Shown here one piece after another: positions 63,392 to 64,000 of a DNA stretch of 64,000 bases; position 1 is the first letter of the stretch; each line of letters opens with the position of its first letter. The notes beneath the pieces are model-generated. The model was not told the origin of the DNA, searched no databases, and saw only the letters and a list, made by a program, of their open reading frames with translations. The DNA is from Candidatus Cloacimonadales bacterium. GTDB lineage: Bacteria > Cloacimonadota > Cloacimonadia > Cloacimonadales > JAFGVF01. A program made the position numbers and the translations under genes. Where the stretch lies: positions 2,784,001 through 2,848,000 of the forward strand of contig OY759729.1 of the NCBI GenBank assembly GCA_963662585.1, in the 5' to 3' direction.

Positions 63392-63999
63392 AAACACCCC
63401 CTATATCCCCCTCGCTGAGGGGGATTTAAGAAAGGGCTTGTCTAAAGTGGGGAGTTTGGGAGTGTGATAATCCCTCTTCTGTCGGATTGAGGACAGCTTG
63501 TCCGCTGTGAATTGGTAAATAGCAGATGAATAGTCTATAAACTTTTAGTTTCCATCAGCAATCAAAGGGGAATTGAATAGGTTAAGACTTTTGTTTTCTT
63601 TATTATAATAGTAATAGCAATTTTAAATCCCGGAGGGATAACATATAATAGGGAGTGTTCGCAAGACACTCCTAAAGGTAACCACCAGAAAATAGCCCTA
63701 GAGGGGCGACATATACTGAAAATTTAGCAAACACTTGAGAAGAATCCTTTAAATCCTTAGGGATTTAAGAGGAAACACCCCGTCTGCTTTGCAGCCACCC
63801 CTCTTTTAGCGTGCTTTCAGCACTAAAGCGGGGAATTTAAGATTCACGGACTAAAGGTCCGTAACCCCAGTTAATGGAAACAGTGACGCTTCCATTCCAT
63901 AGGAAACACCCCCTGTGTCCCCTTCACGGAGGGGGATTTAAGAAAGGGCTTGTCTAAAGTGGGGAGTTTGGGAGTGCGATAATCCCTCTTCCGTCAGAT
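63392..63999 (+). repeat. Repeat-rich spacer: about 97-bp direct repeat (63392-63489, 63904-63999) enclosing several hairpin repeat families
   Basis: aaacaccccct..gggggatttaagaaagggcttgtctaaagtggggagtttgggagtg twice; RAYT-type repeat at 63625; DUF559-type repeat variant at 63774. Confidence 0.85.
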
Positions 64000-64000
64000 T

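Overview
AT-rich bacterial chromosome window. FlgD/T9SS-like C-terminal proteins and FGE-sulfatase surface proteins suggest Cloacimonadota or a related lineage (inference). The window holds: (1) 1-13 kb, secreted/envelope genes, a dead IS200-like (RAYT-type) transposase between inverted repeats, two damaged toxin-antitoxin pairs and a primase-helicase gene; (2) 13050-43595, an apparently complete 30.5-kb transposable (Mu-like, non-contractile-tail) prophage with inverted TA termini and a 5-bp ATTGA target duplication, which splits the helicase gene; (3) about 43.8-58.2 kb, a defence island next to tRNA-Arg(CCT) with type I RM, embedded Kiwa, GmrSD and an integrase remnant; (4) a sigma-54 activator with a divergent sigma-54 promoter driving surface-protein genes. 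The most striking observation is a 721-bp element inserted in frame in hsdR: a DUF559 (Vsr-like) endonuclease between inverted arrays of a 48-bp GC-rich hairpin repeat. Solo copies of that repeat occur across the prophage and host DNA, including inside hsdM and the phage transposase, like a REP/RAYT system built around a different nuclease.
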